Of a stretch of DNA of 64,000 bases, positions 12,897 to 23,153 are shown piece after piece. The position numbers were made by a program, and so were the translations under genes. Origin of the DNA: an uncultured Actinomycetota bacterium (GTDB lineage: Bacteria > Actinomycetota > Actinomycetes > Streptosporangiales > Streptosporangiaceae). Within the stretch, counting starts at the first letter, position 1; each line of letters opens with the position of its first letter. Under the pieces are notes generated by a model that saw only the letters and a list, made by a program, of their open reading frames with translations, searched no databases and had not been told where the DNA came from. The DNA lies in the NCBI GenBank assembly GCA_963799975.1, contig CAWCZF010000004.1:312744-376743 (forward strand), given 5' to 3'.

Positions 12897-13002
12897 GTAA
12901 CGCCCCTCTCATCGCCGCAGCACTAGTGACGTGCGACATTCTTGTAGAGGCCAACATCCAACCAGCAACCGCCTCGGCCCGCCCCGGGGAGCGGAGGACA
13001 TT

Positions 13003-13486
13003 GTGCAATTCGACGTCACTATCGAGATCCCCAAGGGACAACGCAACAAGTACGAGATGGACCATGAAACCGGACGGATCCGCCTGGACCGGATGCTCTT
13101 CACCTCCACCCAGTATCCGGCGGACTACGGCTTCATCGACCACACCCTCGGTGAGGACGGCGACCCGCTCGACGCACTCGTGCTCCTCCAGGAGCCGACC
13201 TTCCCCGGCTGCCTGATCCGCTGCCGTACGGTCGGGATGTTTCGGATGACCGACGAGGCCGGGCGGCGATGACAAGGTCCTGTGCGTACCGGCCACCGAC
13301 CCCCGCATGGAACACCTGCGGGACATCCACCACGTGCCGGAGTTCGACCGGTTGGAGATCCAGCACTTCTTCGAGGTCTACAAGGACCTGGAGCCGGGCA
13401 AGTCGGTCGAGGGCGCGAGCTGGGCGGGGCGCACCGACGCCGAGGCCGAGATCGAGCGTTCGTTCAAGCGCGCCAAGGACCACTGA
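13003..13486 (+). pseudogene. ppa: inorganic pyrophosphatase; one frame interruption near 13262
   Basis: GGAGGA RBS precedes the GTG at 13003. [57 protein letters not shown], then a +1 hop to [14 protein letters not shown]...[12 protein letters not shown]...KRAKDH and the stop at 13484-13486. Confidence 0.9.
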
Positions 13487-13489
13487 GCA

Positions 13490-14717
13490 CTAGCGGGGGC
13501 CGACCGGCCTGGTGGCGCCCGCGTAGTCCGGGCGGAAGGCGCCGGAGATCCGCACCCGCGCCCCGGTGAACGGTGCCTCCACCATCTGACCGCCGCCGAT
13601 GTAGATGCCGACGTGGTGGATCGTGCCGGGGTTCGCCGGGTTGTGCGCGAAGAAGACGAGGTCGCCCGGGCGTAGCTGGTCGCGTGTGGGGTGCGGGCCC
13701 GAGTAGTACTGCGTCGTCGCGTAGTGCGTGAGCGGGATCCCGGCGCGGGCCCAGGCGTACGTCACGAGTCCCGAGCAGTCGAAGCCGACGGTGTGCGCGC
13801 CCTGGGCGATGCCGAGCGAGGGGCCGGCCGGGTTGCCGCCGCCCCAGGAGTACGGCGTGCCGATCCACTTCAGGGCGGCACGCGCGGCGACCGAACCCAG
13901 CGCGGAGCCGCGCGGCAGCGCGGCCGGCGCGAGTTGCCGGGCGCCGGAGGCGGCCTGCTGCCGCGCCGCGCTCGCCGCCCTGGCGAGGATGCGGGCTCGC
14001 TGGAGGTCGGCGACGTGGGTGCGGGCCCGGCCGAGCGCGGCGACCAGGTCGGCCTTGCGCTGCTGTATCTGCTGCACGCTCGCCCGCTGGCGCGACACCG
14101 CGTCGGTCGCCGCCTCACGTGCGGCGGTCGCGGCGCGCGCGGCGTTGCGCTGTCCGCCGAGCGCCCGGCGTGACTGCCGCTCGAACAGGCCGGCGACGAC
14201 GCGCGCGGCCTTCTCCTGGTTGACGAAGGACTGCTGGCGGTTGGCCAGGACCTGCATGAACGTGGCCCGCTCCAGGAACCCGGCCGGGCCGCCCCGTCCG
14301 CCCAGCACGGCCGCCATCGACGGATAGCCGTCGTCGGTGCGGTAGGCGCGTGAGGCGAACATCGCGAGCTGCCGCCGCGTCTGGCCCAGCCGGTCGCGTG
14401 CGTGCGCCGAGCGCTGGAGGGCGACCTGGTAGTCGTGGTCGGCCTGGTCGAGGCGTGCCCGCGCGCCGTTGAAGCGCTCGACGGCGAGTCTCGGCCGCGT
14501 CGTTCAGGTCATCGAGCCGGCCGTCCGCCTGGGCCAGCGCGGCGCCGATCCGGCCGACGTCGGCGGCACGGTCCCGTACTTGCTGCTTGCTCTTCGCCAG
14601 GTCACGTGCGCTCGGGGACGGGTCGGCACGGGAGGGGTCGGTGAGCAGGGCGGTGATCGCGAGCGCGCTGAACGAGATCGCACCGAGTCGTCGCCGACGC
14701 GGATGGGAACCTGCCAA
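13490..14717 (-). pseudogene. secreted NlpC/P60 (C40) peptidoglycan hydrolase with N-terminal coiled coil (RipA-like); one frame interruption near 14495
   Basis: Signal peptide MAGSHPRRRRLGAISFSALAITALL, a coiled-coil region, and a C-terminal GTPYSWGGG...GFDCSGLVTYAW...HHVGIYIGGGQMVEAP catalytic core. Confidence 0.8.
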
Positions 14718-15443
14718 ATTCTCCCCCCGGAGGTCCGCCCGCGGCCGAGCGGGCTAACACGAAGGGTTACCACTGGCGACGCTCTGGAAACACGTGCACC
14801 ACGCGATATGTCCAGTCACTCACCTCCCACTAGCCTGCTGATCCATGGCCTTGCCGCGGCTTTGCGGCGGCACCGGGGCCGCGCGGATACGTGAAGATCG
14901 ACGCCTCGGCCGACGTCTCGCGACCCGGCGAACGGGCCCATCCCGAGCGCGTGGGCACGCGACGCGAGGTACGCGACGGGTGGACCCCCGGGGCGCCCCG
15001 GTGTCGGCGACCGTCAGGCGGCCGAGTCGGGAGTGCGCCGGCGACGCGTGCCTGGTGGGCGCGAGCCCACTCGGCGCATGCGAGGGACCGGGCGGCGAGG
15101 TCAGGCTCGGGGTGGGAGGCCGTATGACTGACGCTCCCGGCGGAACGCCGAGGCGAACCATGCGGGCGGCATCGGATCGGCGGCCCGCAGGACGGCGCCC
15201 CCGACCGACTCAGGCGGCCAAGCCCGGAGGGCTGGGCGGAGTGCGGCCGCGGGGGCGCGCCTGACGCGCGCAAGGGCTCGGGCGGCTGAGCCGCAGGCGG
15301 TGCCACGGAACGCACCAAGTGGGCGGGCTCGGAGGCGGGGGCGCGCTTGACGCGCGCAAGGGCTCGGGAGGCGCGAGTCGCGGCCCGAGGCGGCGCCACG
15401 GGCGTGCCCTGCGGAGCCGTGACACGCACCCGGTGGGCGGGCA

Positions 15444-17033
15444 TCAGGTGGCCGGGCCGGAAGGTGTGGGCGGCGGAGTGGGGGGTGGGTCGGAGTGCGG
15501 CGGCGGGGTGGGCGCGGGTTCGCTCGGCGGGTGCGTGGGGGTGGGGGACGGCTGGGTCGGCGGCGGCGTCGTCGGCGGCCTCGGGGTCGGCGTGGGTGCG
15601 GGCGGCGGTGCTGGGGGCGTCGGCGGGGGTGCCGAGTGCCCTCCGCTCCACACGACCATCACCTGCGCGCCGCCGGGCCAGAAATCGATCACCGTGGAGC
15701 CCGGGCCGACGGACGGCGCGCGTACGGTGACGGCGCGCATGTCGCCCGGCTCCAGCGTGCCGCCCGCGGGGCTGAGTCCCAGCGGGCCGGTGCCGCTGGT
15801 GTGCCACTGGACGGCGGTGTCGCCGCAGCCGAGCGTGATCGTCCCCGTACCGCCGGCCGGGAGCGTCAGCCGGCCGGGCGCGACTTCCAGCGTGGCGGCG
15901 GGAGGCCGCGCGGGGGCCTGCGGCGGCATCGGGCCGTCCAACTCGATCACGGGTACGGGCGCGGGTGAGCCGGGGTCGACCAGCGGCAGATCAGCCGCCA
16001 CCGGGCGCGCCCCGGCGGGACCGCCGGGCGGCGCGGGGCTCGGTCGCGGCGAGCGTGGTCCCGGCGGCGCGGCGACGACGCCGTGGGAGCCGTGGGCGGC
16101 CTCTTCGCCGAGGTGACGGCACAGCAGGGCCGCGACCAGCGCCAGCACGACCGCGCCGGCGACCGCGGTCAGCGCGTGCGCGGTGCGTCGCGACACGCCG
16201 CGCAGGGCGGGTGTGCGGGCGGCATCCGGCTGCACCGGAAAGCCGTGCGCGCCGAACCGGGAGACGCGTTCGGCCGCGAACAGCCGGTATCCGGCCAGGT
16301 CGGGGTCGGTGAAGCAGTTCATGATCTGGGCGCGCAGCGCCTGCGGCGGCTCGGCCCACGGCAGCAGGGCGTAGACCTTGGCCGGCGCGACGTTGTCCGG
16401 CAGATGCCGCGCGCACCGGGCGCACTCGATCGAGTGACGGACGAGCGTCTCGCGCAGGTCGTCGTCGATCTCGTGCCGGCGCGGCCGCAGGATCGCCGCG
16501 CGGCCCGCACAGGCGTGCACGTCGTCGTGGGCGAGAATCTCGGCGATCAGGGCGGCCTCGAGCAGCACCCCGGCCTGATCGAGCCGCTCGGCGGCGTCGC
16601 GCGCCCGCAGCCCGGTGACGAGGGCGATGTCGGCGGTGGACAGGCCGTGCCGGTGCCGGAGGTCGAGCAGTTCGCGGCTGAGCGGCGGCAGGCCGGTGAC
16701 CGCACGCCACGCCATCAGGCGCAGGTCGACGTCGTCCTGGTCGTGCCGCGCCACCGGCGGGTCGGGGGATACGGGGCCGGCCGGCCGCCGTCGACGGCAC
16801 TCGATGCGGGCGAACGCGTAGAGCCAGGGGCCGAAGCGCGCGGGCGGGCGCAGCCGGCCGGCATGCGCCTCGGCGCCCAGCAACGCGTCACGGAACGCCA
16901 CCTGGGCTGCGTCGCGGTCGTGCAGTTGGAACCAGCAGTAGGCATAGAGGCGTACGGCGTAGTCGTCGTAGACCGCACCCAGCGCGATCGGATCACGCGA
17001 CCGCAGCGCCTCGACCAAAAGCCGGTCCTCCAT
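15444..17033 (-). CDS. ECF-type sigma-70 factor fused to a ZAS (HxxxCxxC) anti-sigma segment, one TM helix and a Pro-rich extracytoplasmic tail
   Basis: Intact 529-aa ORF. Sigma region 2-like N-terminus (VYDDYAVRLYAYCWFQL..) and region 4-like (LSRELLDLRHRHGLSTADIALVTG). HSIECARC motif, TM helix AHALTAVAGAVVLALVAALLC, and a C-terminal PPPTPPAPPPAPTPTPRPP... tail. Confidence 0.7.
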   Translation of the reverse strand: MEDRLLVEALRSRDPIALGAVYDDYAVRLYAYCWFQLHDRDAAQVAFRDALLGAEAHAGRLRPPARFGPWLYAFARIECRRRRPAGPVSPDPPVARHDQDDVDLRLMAWRAVTGLPPLSRELLDLRHRHGLSTADIALVTGLRARDAAERLDQAGVLLEAALIAEILAHDDVHACAGRAAILRPRRHEIDDDLRETLVRHSIECARCARHLPDNVAPAKVYALLPWAEPPQALRAQIMNCFTDPDLAGYRLFAAERVSRFGAHGFPVQPDAARTPALRGVSRRTAHALTAVAGAVVLALVAALLCRHLGEEAAHGSHGVVAAPPGPRSPRPSPAPPGGPAGARPVAADLPLVDPGSPAPVPVIELDGPMPPQAPARPPAATLEVAPGRLTLPAGGTGTITLGCGDTAVQWHTSGTGPLGLSPAGGTLEPGDMRAVTVRAPSVGPGSTVIDFWPGGAQVMVVWSGGHSAPPPTPPAPPPAPTPTPRPPTTPPPTQPSPTPTHPPSEPAPTPPPHSDPPPTPPPTPSGPAT

Positions 17034-17039
17034 GGCGCT

Positions 17040-17189
17040 GAAGTTAAAGCCTTTTCCGCATCGCCATCAACGGTTTCCGAAGAAATCATTGAAGATTGTT
17101 TTGCCCGCCAGGAGAAATGTCGATCATTTATAGCTATAAGCCATTTTTTGCAGTGCTTTAAGGGGTTTTGGAGGCGTTCGAGCAGGTCG
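17040..17189. promoter_or_regulatory. conspicuously AT-rich intergenic region upstream of the sigma-fusion gene, containing a perfect 12-bp palindrome TTATAGCTATAA (17128-17139)
   Basis: Base composition and the palindrome were read directly. The location is immediately 5' of the start at 17033 (minus strand). Confidence 0.35.
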
Positions 17190-18254
17190 TCAGCCCGTGA
17201 CCCGGGCGATTCCCGCCATGGCGCAGCCCGCTTCGAGCTCGGAGATACCGAAGGCAGCGACCGGCCCAAGAGCACCCGATTCGACCATTCCCCGCGCGGC
17301 CTGGCAGGCGGCCCAGGAAAGGACACCGGCCGTGAAATCGTACGGATCGCCGCCCGAAAGGTGAACGTCGGTCAGCAGCCTGCCCTCGGCGTCGTAGGCG
17401 ACCGCGACGATGCGGGACGTCAGCGTGCTCTTGCCGCTCCTGCGCCGCCGTACGAAACGCGCGAACGCCCCCAGGCTCAGCCGCGCGCCGAACGCCGCGC
17501 CTCGCCCGCGTGGCAGCCGCGCCACCAGTCGCGTGGCACGGCCGAACCAGCCCAGGTAGACGTTGACCTCGTACAGCGCCGGGTACGACGCGGGCAGCGC
17601 GAACTGTTCGGAGCCGCCGATCGACAGGGCCATCCGCGACCGGCCGGCCACCTGGAACTCACGCACCCGGGGGCGGAGCTCGTCGTGGATCCGCCCGCGG
17701 AAGGTGTACATCGGGGCCGTGGCCACCGCGGCGGCGGACAGGAGGGTGCCGCTGGACAGGCCGCGCACCAGTTCGCCGCCGCCGACGAAGTAGCCGACGT
17801 CGACGCGGAAGCCGTCCTCGCCGACCCGGTCGAGGGCGAGCGCGGCGGCCAGGTTCCCCGGCACGTAGTCGTAGCCGAACGCGGGGATCAGCGCGGACCG
17901 CGCCTTGGGCCCGTACGACTCATAAACCTCGCGGATGAACGGCGCCTCACCGGCGGAGTCGAGGTAGTGCGCGCCCGCGTCCACCGCCGCGTCCAGCGCG
18001 GCGTGCCCGTGGCGCGCGAACGGGCCGACCGTGCTGATCAGTACGTCGTCCCGCTCGACCAGGCCGCGTACGCTGGCCGGCTCGTCGGCGTCGGCCCAGG
18101 CCGTCTCCAGGCCGCCGAGCTCGGCCGCCAGCGCGGTCAGGGCCGCGCCGTCGCGCCCGGCGAGGACGGGCCGCCCGCCCCGCGCCACGAGCGCACGCGC
18201 GGTCAGGCCGCCCGTGTAGCCGGTGGCGCCGAAGACGACGATGCGGCCCGCCAT
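17190..18254 (-). CDS. saccharopine dehydrogenase-like NAD(P)-binding oxidoreductase
   Basis: Intact 354-aa ORF. N-terminal Rossmann motif IVVFGATGYTGGL, then ...VLISTVGPF... Confidence 0.65.
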   Translation of the reverse strand: MAGRIVVFGATGYTGGLTARALVARGGRPVLAGRDGAALTALAAELGGLETAWADADEPASVRGLVERDDVLISTVGPFARHGHAALDAAVDAGAHYLDSAGEAPFIREVYESYGPKARSALIPAFGYDYVPGNLAAALALDRVGEDGFRVDVGYFVGGGELVRGLSSGTLLSAAAVATAPMYTFRGRIHDELRPRVREFQVAGRSRMALSIGGSEQFALPASYPALYEVNVYLGWFGRATRLVARLPRGRGAAFGARLSLGAFARFVRRRRSGKSTLTSRIVAVAYDAEGRLLTDVHLSGGDPYDFTAGVLSWAACQAARGMVESGALGPVAAFGISELEAGCAMAGIARVTG

Positions 18255-18311
18255 GACGATTCCCCCCGGCTAAGGTCGAGTTCGGCCTGTTGCGCTGAGA
18301 GTACTAATCCG

Positions 18312-19067
18312 TCACAAAGCGTGCTGGTTTTTCCGTGACGCATCGATCATCGGCGGCAGGATGCGCTCCGCGGCCGCGGCGATGGCGGTCACCTGGGCCG
18401 TGGTGAACACCGCGGGCTGCCGCTGGATGAGCCGGTGCGCACGCTTGGCGCGCTGCACCGTGACGCCGTCGAAGACGAGCCCCGCCCTCGGCATCCGCGT
18501 GCCGTGCACGGCGATGATCGCGTGTACCTCGACCTCATGGCCGACGTCTTCGGACAGTCGGTCGCCGACCGTACGCGCCGCGTCCCTGGCCAGCACGAGC
18601 AGGCTCGTGATCGGCCGCGGCCCGGCCCACAAGCGGCGGTCCGTGGCGCGCAGCCGCGTGAGCGGCGGCCAGCGGCGAGACACGATCGTGTAGACGCCGG
18701 TGAGCCCGATGACGAGATGGTCCAGGTTCGCGCGTGCGGGCGCGGGCAGTGCCCGGTCGTGCAGGACATGGAAGTAGGCCGGGTCGAGCCGGGACAGCCG
18801 CCGTCCCGTACGCCGCTCGGCCGCCGCACCCCGCCGCCAGCGGGTCACCGGATCGGGCCGTACACGCAGGAGGTAGGAGTGGGCGAGCAGCACCGCGAGC
18901 GCGACCGCGAGCCCCTGCGGCCAGTCGAAGATCCCGGCCGTCATGGCGCCCGCGAAGCCCGCGAGCGCGAGCCGCGCGAGGATCCGCGCGTGCCGGTACT
19001 CCGCCCGAAGTCGCCGGTATCGCGCCTGCGCCGACGCACCGGCCACGGAAGCACCTCGTCCAGGCAC
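18312..19067 (-). CDS. NERD (nuclease-related) domain membrane protein
   Basis: 251-aa ORF with two N-terminal TM helices, then ...ERRTGRRLSRLDPAYFHVLHDRALP...NLDHLVIGLTGVYTI..., the typical NERD core. Confidence 0.55.
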   Translation of the reverse strand: MPGRGASVAGASAQARYRRLRAEYRHARILARLALAGFAGAMTAGIFDWPQGLAVALAVLLAHSYLLRVRPDPVTRWRRGAAAERRTGRRLSRLDPAYFHVLHDRALPAPARANLDHLVIGLTGVYTIVSRRWPPLTRLRATDRRLWAGPRPITSLLVLARDAARTVGDRLSEDVGHEVEVHAIIAVHGTRMPRAGLVFDGVTVQRAKRAHRLIQRQPAVFTTAQVTAIAAAAERILPPMIDASRKNQHAL

Positions 19068-19139
19068 CGCTCCCTCCCCAGGGCAAGAGTGGTGTCCCCC
19101 GGGCCCGGGTTCAAGGCACTTGACGACCGCTCGACCGAG

Positions 19140-20201
19140 TCATGGCCGGTCTGCGCCCCGCGGGCCCTCGCGGCGCAGCCGGGCGGCGAGCCCGCGGTTG
19201 ATCCGGCGCGGCCAGGACGGGCCGCCGTAGATCAGCCCCGTGTACGCCTGGACGAGCGTCGCGCCCGCTTCGAGGCGCTCCCACACCTCGTCGGCGGTCT
19301 CGACGCCCCCGACGGAGATCAGGACGAGCCGGTCGCCGGTGCGCTCGCGCAGGCGCCGCAGCACCGCGAGCGACCGCTGTTTCAGCGGCGCCCCGGACAG
19401 CCCGCCCGCCCCGGCCGCCTCGACGTTCACGCTGGTCAGGCCGGTACGGGAGATCGTGGTGTTGGTCGCGATGATGCCGTCGAGGCCGAGCGCGAGCGCG
19501 AGGTCGGCGACCGCGTCGACGTCGGCGTCGGCCAGGTCCGGTGCGATCTTGACGAGCAGCGGCACGTGCCGCGGCGTGGCCTCGTCGGCGGCCGCGCGTA
19601 CGGCGCGCAGCAGCGGCTCCAGCCGGTCGGCGGCCTGGAGGTCGCGCAGGCCGGGGGTGTTCGGGGAGCTGACGTTGACCACGAGGTAGTCGGCGAGCGC
19701 GGCGAGACGCCGGGCGCTCGCCGCGTAGTCGGCGACGGCCTCCTCCTCCGGGACAGCCTTGGTCTTGCCGATGTTGACGCCGACGACGACGCGGCGCGTG
19801 CCGCCCAGCCGCCGCGCCGCCGCGTCGGCCCCGGCATTGTTGAAGCCCATCCGATTGATGATCGCCCGGTCGCGTACGAGCCGGAACAGCCGCGGCCGCG
19901 GGTTGCCGGGCTGCGGCCGCGCCGTGACGGTGCCGATCTCCACGAACCCGAACCCGAACGCGCCCAGCGCCTCGTACGCCTCGGCGTCCTTGTCGAAGCC
20001 GGCGGCCAGCCCGAGCGGGCTGGGGAAGTCCAGTCCGAGCGCGCGCACCCGCAACGCGGGGTCGCGCGAGCCGTACAGCCGCCGGACGAGCGGCAACGCC
20101 CCCGGGATGATCGCCAGGGCGTGCAGGGCGCGGAAGCCGAGCCGGTGCGCGGTCTCGGCGGGCAGCCGGCGCAGCAGGACGGTGAAGAGGAGTCGGTACA
20201 T
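19140..20201 (-). CDS. pyrD: quinone-dependent dihydroorotate dehydrogenase (class 2)
   Basis: [21 protein letters not shown]...[11 protein letters not shown]...[23 protein letters not shown]...INRMGFNN.G...[12 protein letters not shown]... Confidence 0.9.
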   Translation of the reverse strand: MYRLLFTVLLRRLPAETAHRLGFRALHALAIIPGALPLVRRLYGSRDPALRVRALGLDFPSPLGLAAGFDKDAEAYEALGAFGFGFVEIGTVTARPQPGNPRPRLFRLVRDRAIINRMGFNNAGADAAARRLGGTRRVVVGVNIGKTKAVPEEEAVADYAASARRLAALADYLVVNVSSPNTPGLRDLQAADRLEPLLRAVRAAADEATPRHVPLLVKIAPDLADADVDAVADLALALGLDGIIATNTTISRTGLTSVNVEAAGAGGLSGAPLKQRSLAVLRRLRERTGDRLVLISVGGVETADEVWERLEAGATLVQAYTGLIYGGPSWPRRINRGLAARLRREGPRGADRP

Positions 20202-20229
20202 CGCCGCCGATTCTTCCAGCAAGGCTACG

Positions 20230-21018
20230 GTGGACGCCGTGACGCCCCTCCCGTACATCGAGATCAACGGCCACGCCGCGACCGTCACGGAGCTGATCCA
20301 TCCCCTCCTGGTCAACTACGGCCACTTCACCGCGATGCAGGTACGCGGCGGCCGGGTGCGCGGGATCGACCTGCACCTCAATAGGCTGGACACCGCGACC
20401 AAAGCGCTGTTCGGCACGGGCCTGGACGGCGGGCGGGTGCGCGAGTACGTGCGCCGCGCGCTCGGCGACGTCCAGGACGCGTCGGTGCGGGTGAACGTCT
20501 TCTGGCCCGATGGGCACGACGAGCCGTCCATCCTGGTCGCCGTACGGCCGCCGGCGAAGGCGCCGGACGCTCCGCTGAGCGTGCAGACCGCGCGCTACCA
20601 GCGGCCCGTCGCGCACGTGAAGCACCTCGGGGGCTTCGGGCAGCATTTCTACGGTTTGCGGGCCGAACGCGACGGCTTCGACGAGGCCCTGCTGGTCGAC
20701 GGCGACGGCGTCGTGGCCGAGGGCACGATCGCCAACCTCGGGTGCTTCGACGGCACCTCGGTGCTCTGGCCGGACGCGCCGGCCCTGGACGGCATCACCA
20801 TGCTGCTGCTCGAGGCGGTCCTGCCGGGCCGCGGCGTGCCGTCGCGGCGCGGCCGCGTGCACGCCGCGGACCTCGCGTCGCAGGAGGCGGTGTTCGTCAC
20901 GAACTCCCGCGGGATCGCGGCCGTCGAGCGCGTCGACGACGTGCGGCTGCCGGTCTCGGCCGCGTTCATGCGGACGCTGTCCGACGCGTACGAGTCGGTG
21001 CCGTGGGACGCGATCTGA
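20230..21018 (+). CDS. class IV (branched-chain / D-amino-acid type) aminotransferase-fold protein
   Basis: GTG at 20230, in frame with ORF 19759..21018. ...[21 protein letters not shown]...DGITMLLL...VFVTNS.GI is characteristic of fold-type IV PLP enzymes. Confidence 0.65.
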   Translation: MDAVTPLPYIEINGHAATVTELIHPLLVNYGHFTAMQVRGGRVRGIDLHLNRLDTATKALFGTGLDGGRVREYVRRALGDVQDASVRVNVFWPDGHDEPSILVAVRPPAKAPDAPLSVQTARYQRPVAHVKHLGGFGQHFYGLRAERDGFDEALLVDGDGVVAEGTIANLGCFDGTSVLWPDAPALDGITMLLLEAVLPGRGVPSRRGRVHAADLASQEAVFVTNSRGIAAVERVDDVRLPVSAAFMRTLSDAYESVPWDAI

Positions 21019-21044
21019 CGCCGCGCCGGGTGTTGGGAAACGCC

Positions 21045-21072
21045 AAGGCCCCGCCGTCTCCGGCGGGGCCTT
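21045..21072 (+). terminator. perfect 12-bp stem / 4-nt loop hairpin downstream of the aminotransferase gene
   Basis: AAGGCCCCGCCG-TCTC-CGGCGGGGCCTT lies 27 nt after the stop codon. There is no T-tract, as is common in high-GC actinomycetes. Confidence 0.55.
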
Positions 21073-21243
21073 GCACGCTCGTGTACCGGTGCGCGGGTCG
21101 CCTCACGGCGAAAAGCACAACACGGCTCCAGCCGAACGGTATTCCGTGAAGGCAGTGGTTAGGCCCGGGGGACTCCAGACGCACCGGCCACGTCGAGTGT
21201 AACAAGAGGGCCTCGCGGGTTTGTTCCCGTCAGGTGAGGCTTC

Positions 21244-21591
21244 TTACGGGCACAGGACCTCACGTACCTCCATCGCGAACCGCTTGGCGTCGGGCCAGCG
21301 CGCGGCGATCTCAACGGCGCGGTCGAGGCTCTTGCAGTCGACCATGATGTAGCCGGCGAACTGCTCCTTCGCCTCGATGAACGGCCCGTCGGTGATGGCC
21401 GGAACGCCGTCGCGCACCCGTACGGTGCGGGTGGTTGCCGGGTCGGCCAGCGCCTCGCCGCCGAGGAGTTCGCCGGACTCGGTCAGCTCCTTCATGATCG
21501 CGTCGACGTCGCCGAACAACGCCGTGCGCTCCGCCTCGGTCAGCTCCTCGACGTACCCGGCACGGTTGTAGATCAGCACCATGTACTTCAT
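21244..21591 (-). CDS. YciI-family protein
   Basis: 115-aa ORF MKYMVLIYNRAGYVEELTEAERTALF...DGPFIEAKEQFAGYIMVDC.SLDRAVEIAARWP, the canonical YciI/DGPF pattern. Confidence 0.8.
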   Translation of the reverse strand: MKYMVLIYNRAGYVEELTEAERTALFGDVDAIMKELTESGELLGGEALADPATTRTVRVRDGVPAITDGPFIEAKEQFAGYIMVDCKSLDRAVEIAARWPDAKRFAMEVREVLCP

Positions 21592-21699
21592 GGTTGTCGC
21601 TCCTCATCCTGGCGGCGGCCGTCCTCCGGCCCGCCTCTCACCGCGGAGTCGGAGCGGAGCGCGGGGCCTCGACATCCCCGCTGCCGGAGATTTCGTGTC

Positions 21700-22068
21700 C
21701 TACCGTACGGGTCGCGTCCGGTGCTCGCGGGGCAGGACCCCGGCGATGCCGAGTGCGCCGAGTACGTCCGCGCAGCGCCCGGTCGGCGTGGTCTCGCCCA
21801 CGATGTGACGGGGTTCGAGGCCCTCGTCGTCGAAGTCCTCGATCTGATCGGTCCCATCGCTCTGGCAACGCACGACCGTACGTGCCCGGAGGTGTCGGTG
21901 GCCGGCCTTCCGTACCGTCCCGGGGTGCCGTACGTGCGCGGACGCGGGTACGGCGGGTTCGGGGCCGAGGTCGGCGAGCGCGACACTTCCCGTACCCGCG
22001 ACCGCCCCGGCCGCCAGCACCGCGCACGCCGCCCTCGCGAGCCACCGTCTCTCGTCGCCGTCTCGCAT
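21700..22068 (-). CDS. hypothetical small secreted protein
   Basis: The ORF has a signal-like N-terminus (RRWLARAACAVLAAGAVAGTGSVALA) and two Cys. No family was recognised. Confidence 0.3.
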   Translation of the reverse strand: MRDGDERRWLARAACAVLAAGAVAGTGSVALADLGPEPAVPASAHVRHPGTVRKAGHRHLRARTVVRCQSDGTDQIEDFDDEGLEPRHIVGETTPTGRCADVLGALGIAGVLPREHRTRPVR

Positions 22069-22127
22069 CGCGCCGCTCCCCTCTCCAGGCTTCCGTATCC
22101 GTCGGAAGGACCTCTAACCGGGCGCGC

Positions 22128-23048
22128 CTAGCGCGGATCTGCTGCCGCGTAAGATCTTCCTTTCCCGTGCCGGGTCCCGGCGGCGACCTCGCGGGCGACC
22201 CGGTCGAAGGCGCGTACGCGCGCGGTCTCGGCGGAGGACCGCCAGATGAGCCCCCATTCGAGGGGCGGTGCGTCGCGCAGCGGGACGTACGCGACATCCG
22301 GCCGAACGTAGTAGCGGGTCACGTGCTCACCGACCGGATAAACGCCCTGACCGGCGCCGATGAGGGTCAGCATCTCCTGGAACGTCGCGGTGAGCGGACC
22401 ACGCTCGATGTCGCGCCCGCCGGGTGTCCGCTCGGGCACGCGTTCCCAGCGGTCCAGACCCGCGCAGGGTGCGCGCAGGACCTCACCGCGCGCCAGGTCC
22501 TCCAGCGACACGTACGGCCGGCGGGCGAAGGGGTGCCCCGCCGACACCGCCAGCACGTGTGGCTCGCGGAGGAGGATCGCGCCGGTGACCAGTGCCGGGT
22601 CATGGATCGGCAGAGTCGCCGCCAGGACGTCGATCTCTCCATTGCGCAGCGCGGCCAGGCAGTCGCCGACCTGCGCCTCGTGGATCGCGACCGCGCTGCC
22701 CGGATGGCGGGTGCGAAACTCCTCAGACACCAGGGCGACCAGCCGACCGGCCGCGGCGTTGACGAAACCGGCCCGCAGCACCCCCTCGACCCCCCGCCCC
22801 GCCGCGACCGCGCGGTCCAGACCCTCCCGCAGCGCCCGGTAGGCCGGGCGCAGGTCCGCCTCCAACTGCCGGCCCAGCGGCGTGAGCGTCACCCGCCGGC
22901 TCGTCCGCTCGAACAGCGGCGCACCGACCCGGCGTTCGAGCGCCTTGATGACCTGGCTGACACGGGCCGTCGAGACGTGCAGGCGCTCGGCCGTACGGCC
23001 GAAGTGCAGTTCGTCGGCCAGCGTCAGGAACGCGGCGATCTCTTCCAT
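22128..23048 (-). CDS. LysR-family transcriptional regulator
   Basis: [59 protein letters not shown] is the wHTH signature, followed by a substrate-binding domain. It is divergent from the SnoaL-like gene. Confidence 0.9.
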   Translation of the reverse strand: MEEIAAFLTLADELHFGRTAERLHVSTARVSQVIKALERRVGAPLFERTSRRVTLTPLGRQLEADLRPAYRALREGLDRAVAAGRGVEGVLRAGFVNAAAGRLVALVSEEFRTRHPGSAVAIHEAQVGDCLAALRNGEIDVLAATLPIHDPALVTGAILLREPHVLAVSAGHPFARRPYVSLEDLARGEVLRAPCAGLDRWERVPERTPGGRDIERGPLTATFQEMLTLIGAGQGVYPVGEHVTRYYVRPDVAYVPLRDAPPLEWGLIWRSSAETARVRAFDRVAREVAAGTRHGKGRSYAAADPR

Positions 23049-23153
23049 GGCTCCCCGTTCACTCCTCCTTAACAATCGTTGCCGGATCCGGCGTTGTTCC
23101 CGGTCGGCGCGGGCGTGACGGTGGAGTCATCACTTGTCGAGGGGAGCACGGAA

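Noticed and set aside
8878-13486. Treating tilS, ppa, PBP4 and the Zn-protease as genuine pseudogenes (reductive evolution).
   Set aside because: These genes are presumed indispensable. There is a single +1 shift per break, the flanking homology is intact, and the same insertion bias is seen in the 138-bp repeats. All of this argues for sequence errors, so they are flagged as 'frame interrupted as given' only.
14830-15807. 325-aa ORF (minus) and ORFs 14845..15264 + and 14820..15161 - as genes in the gap after the NlpC/P60 gene.
   Set aside because: Low-complexity Arg/Pro/Ala translations, overlap with the well-supported sigma-fusion C-terminus in another frame, and no start context or motif.
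21073-21243. Possible small RNA in the 170-bp convergent intergenic region between the aminotransferase terminator hairpin and the YciI gene.
   Set aside because: I could not match it to any RNA family from memory (not SRP, 6C or RNase P-like), and it shows no strong structure beyond the terminator. There is insufficient evidence to report it.
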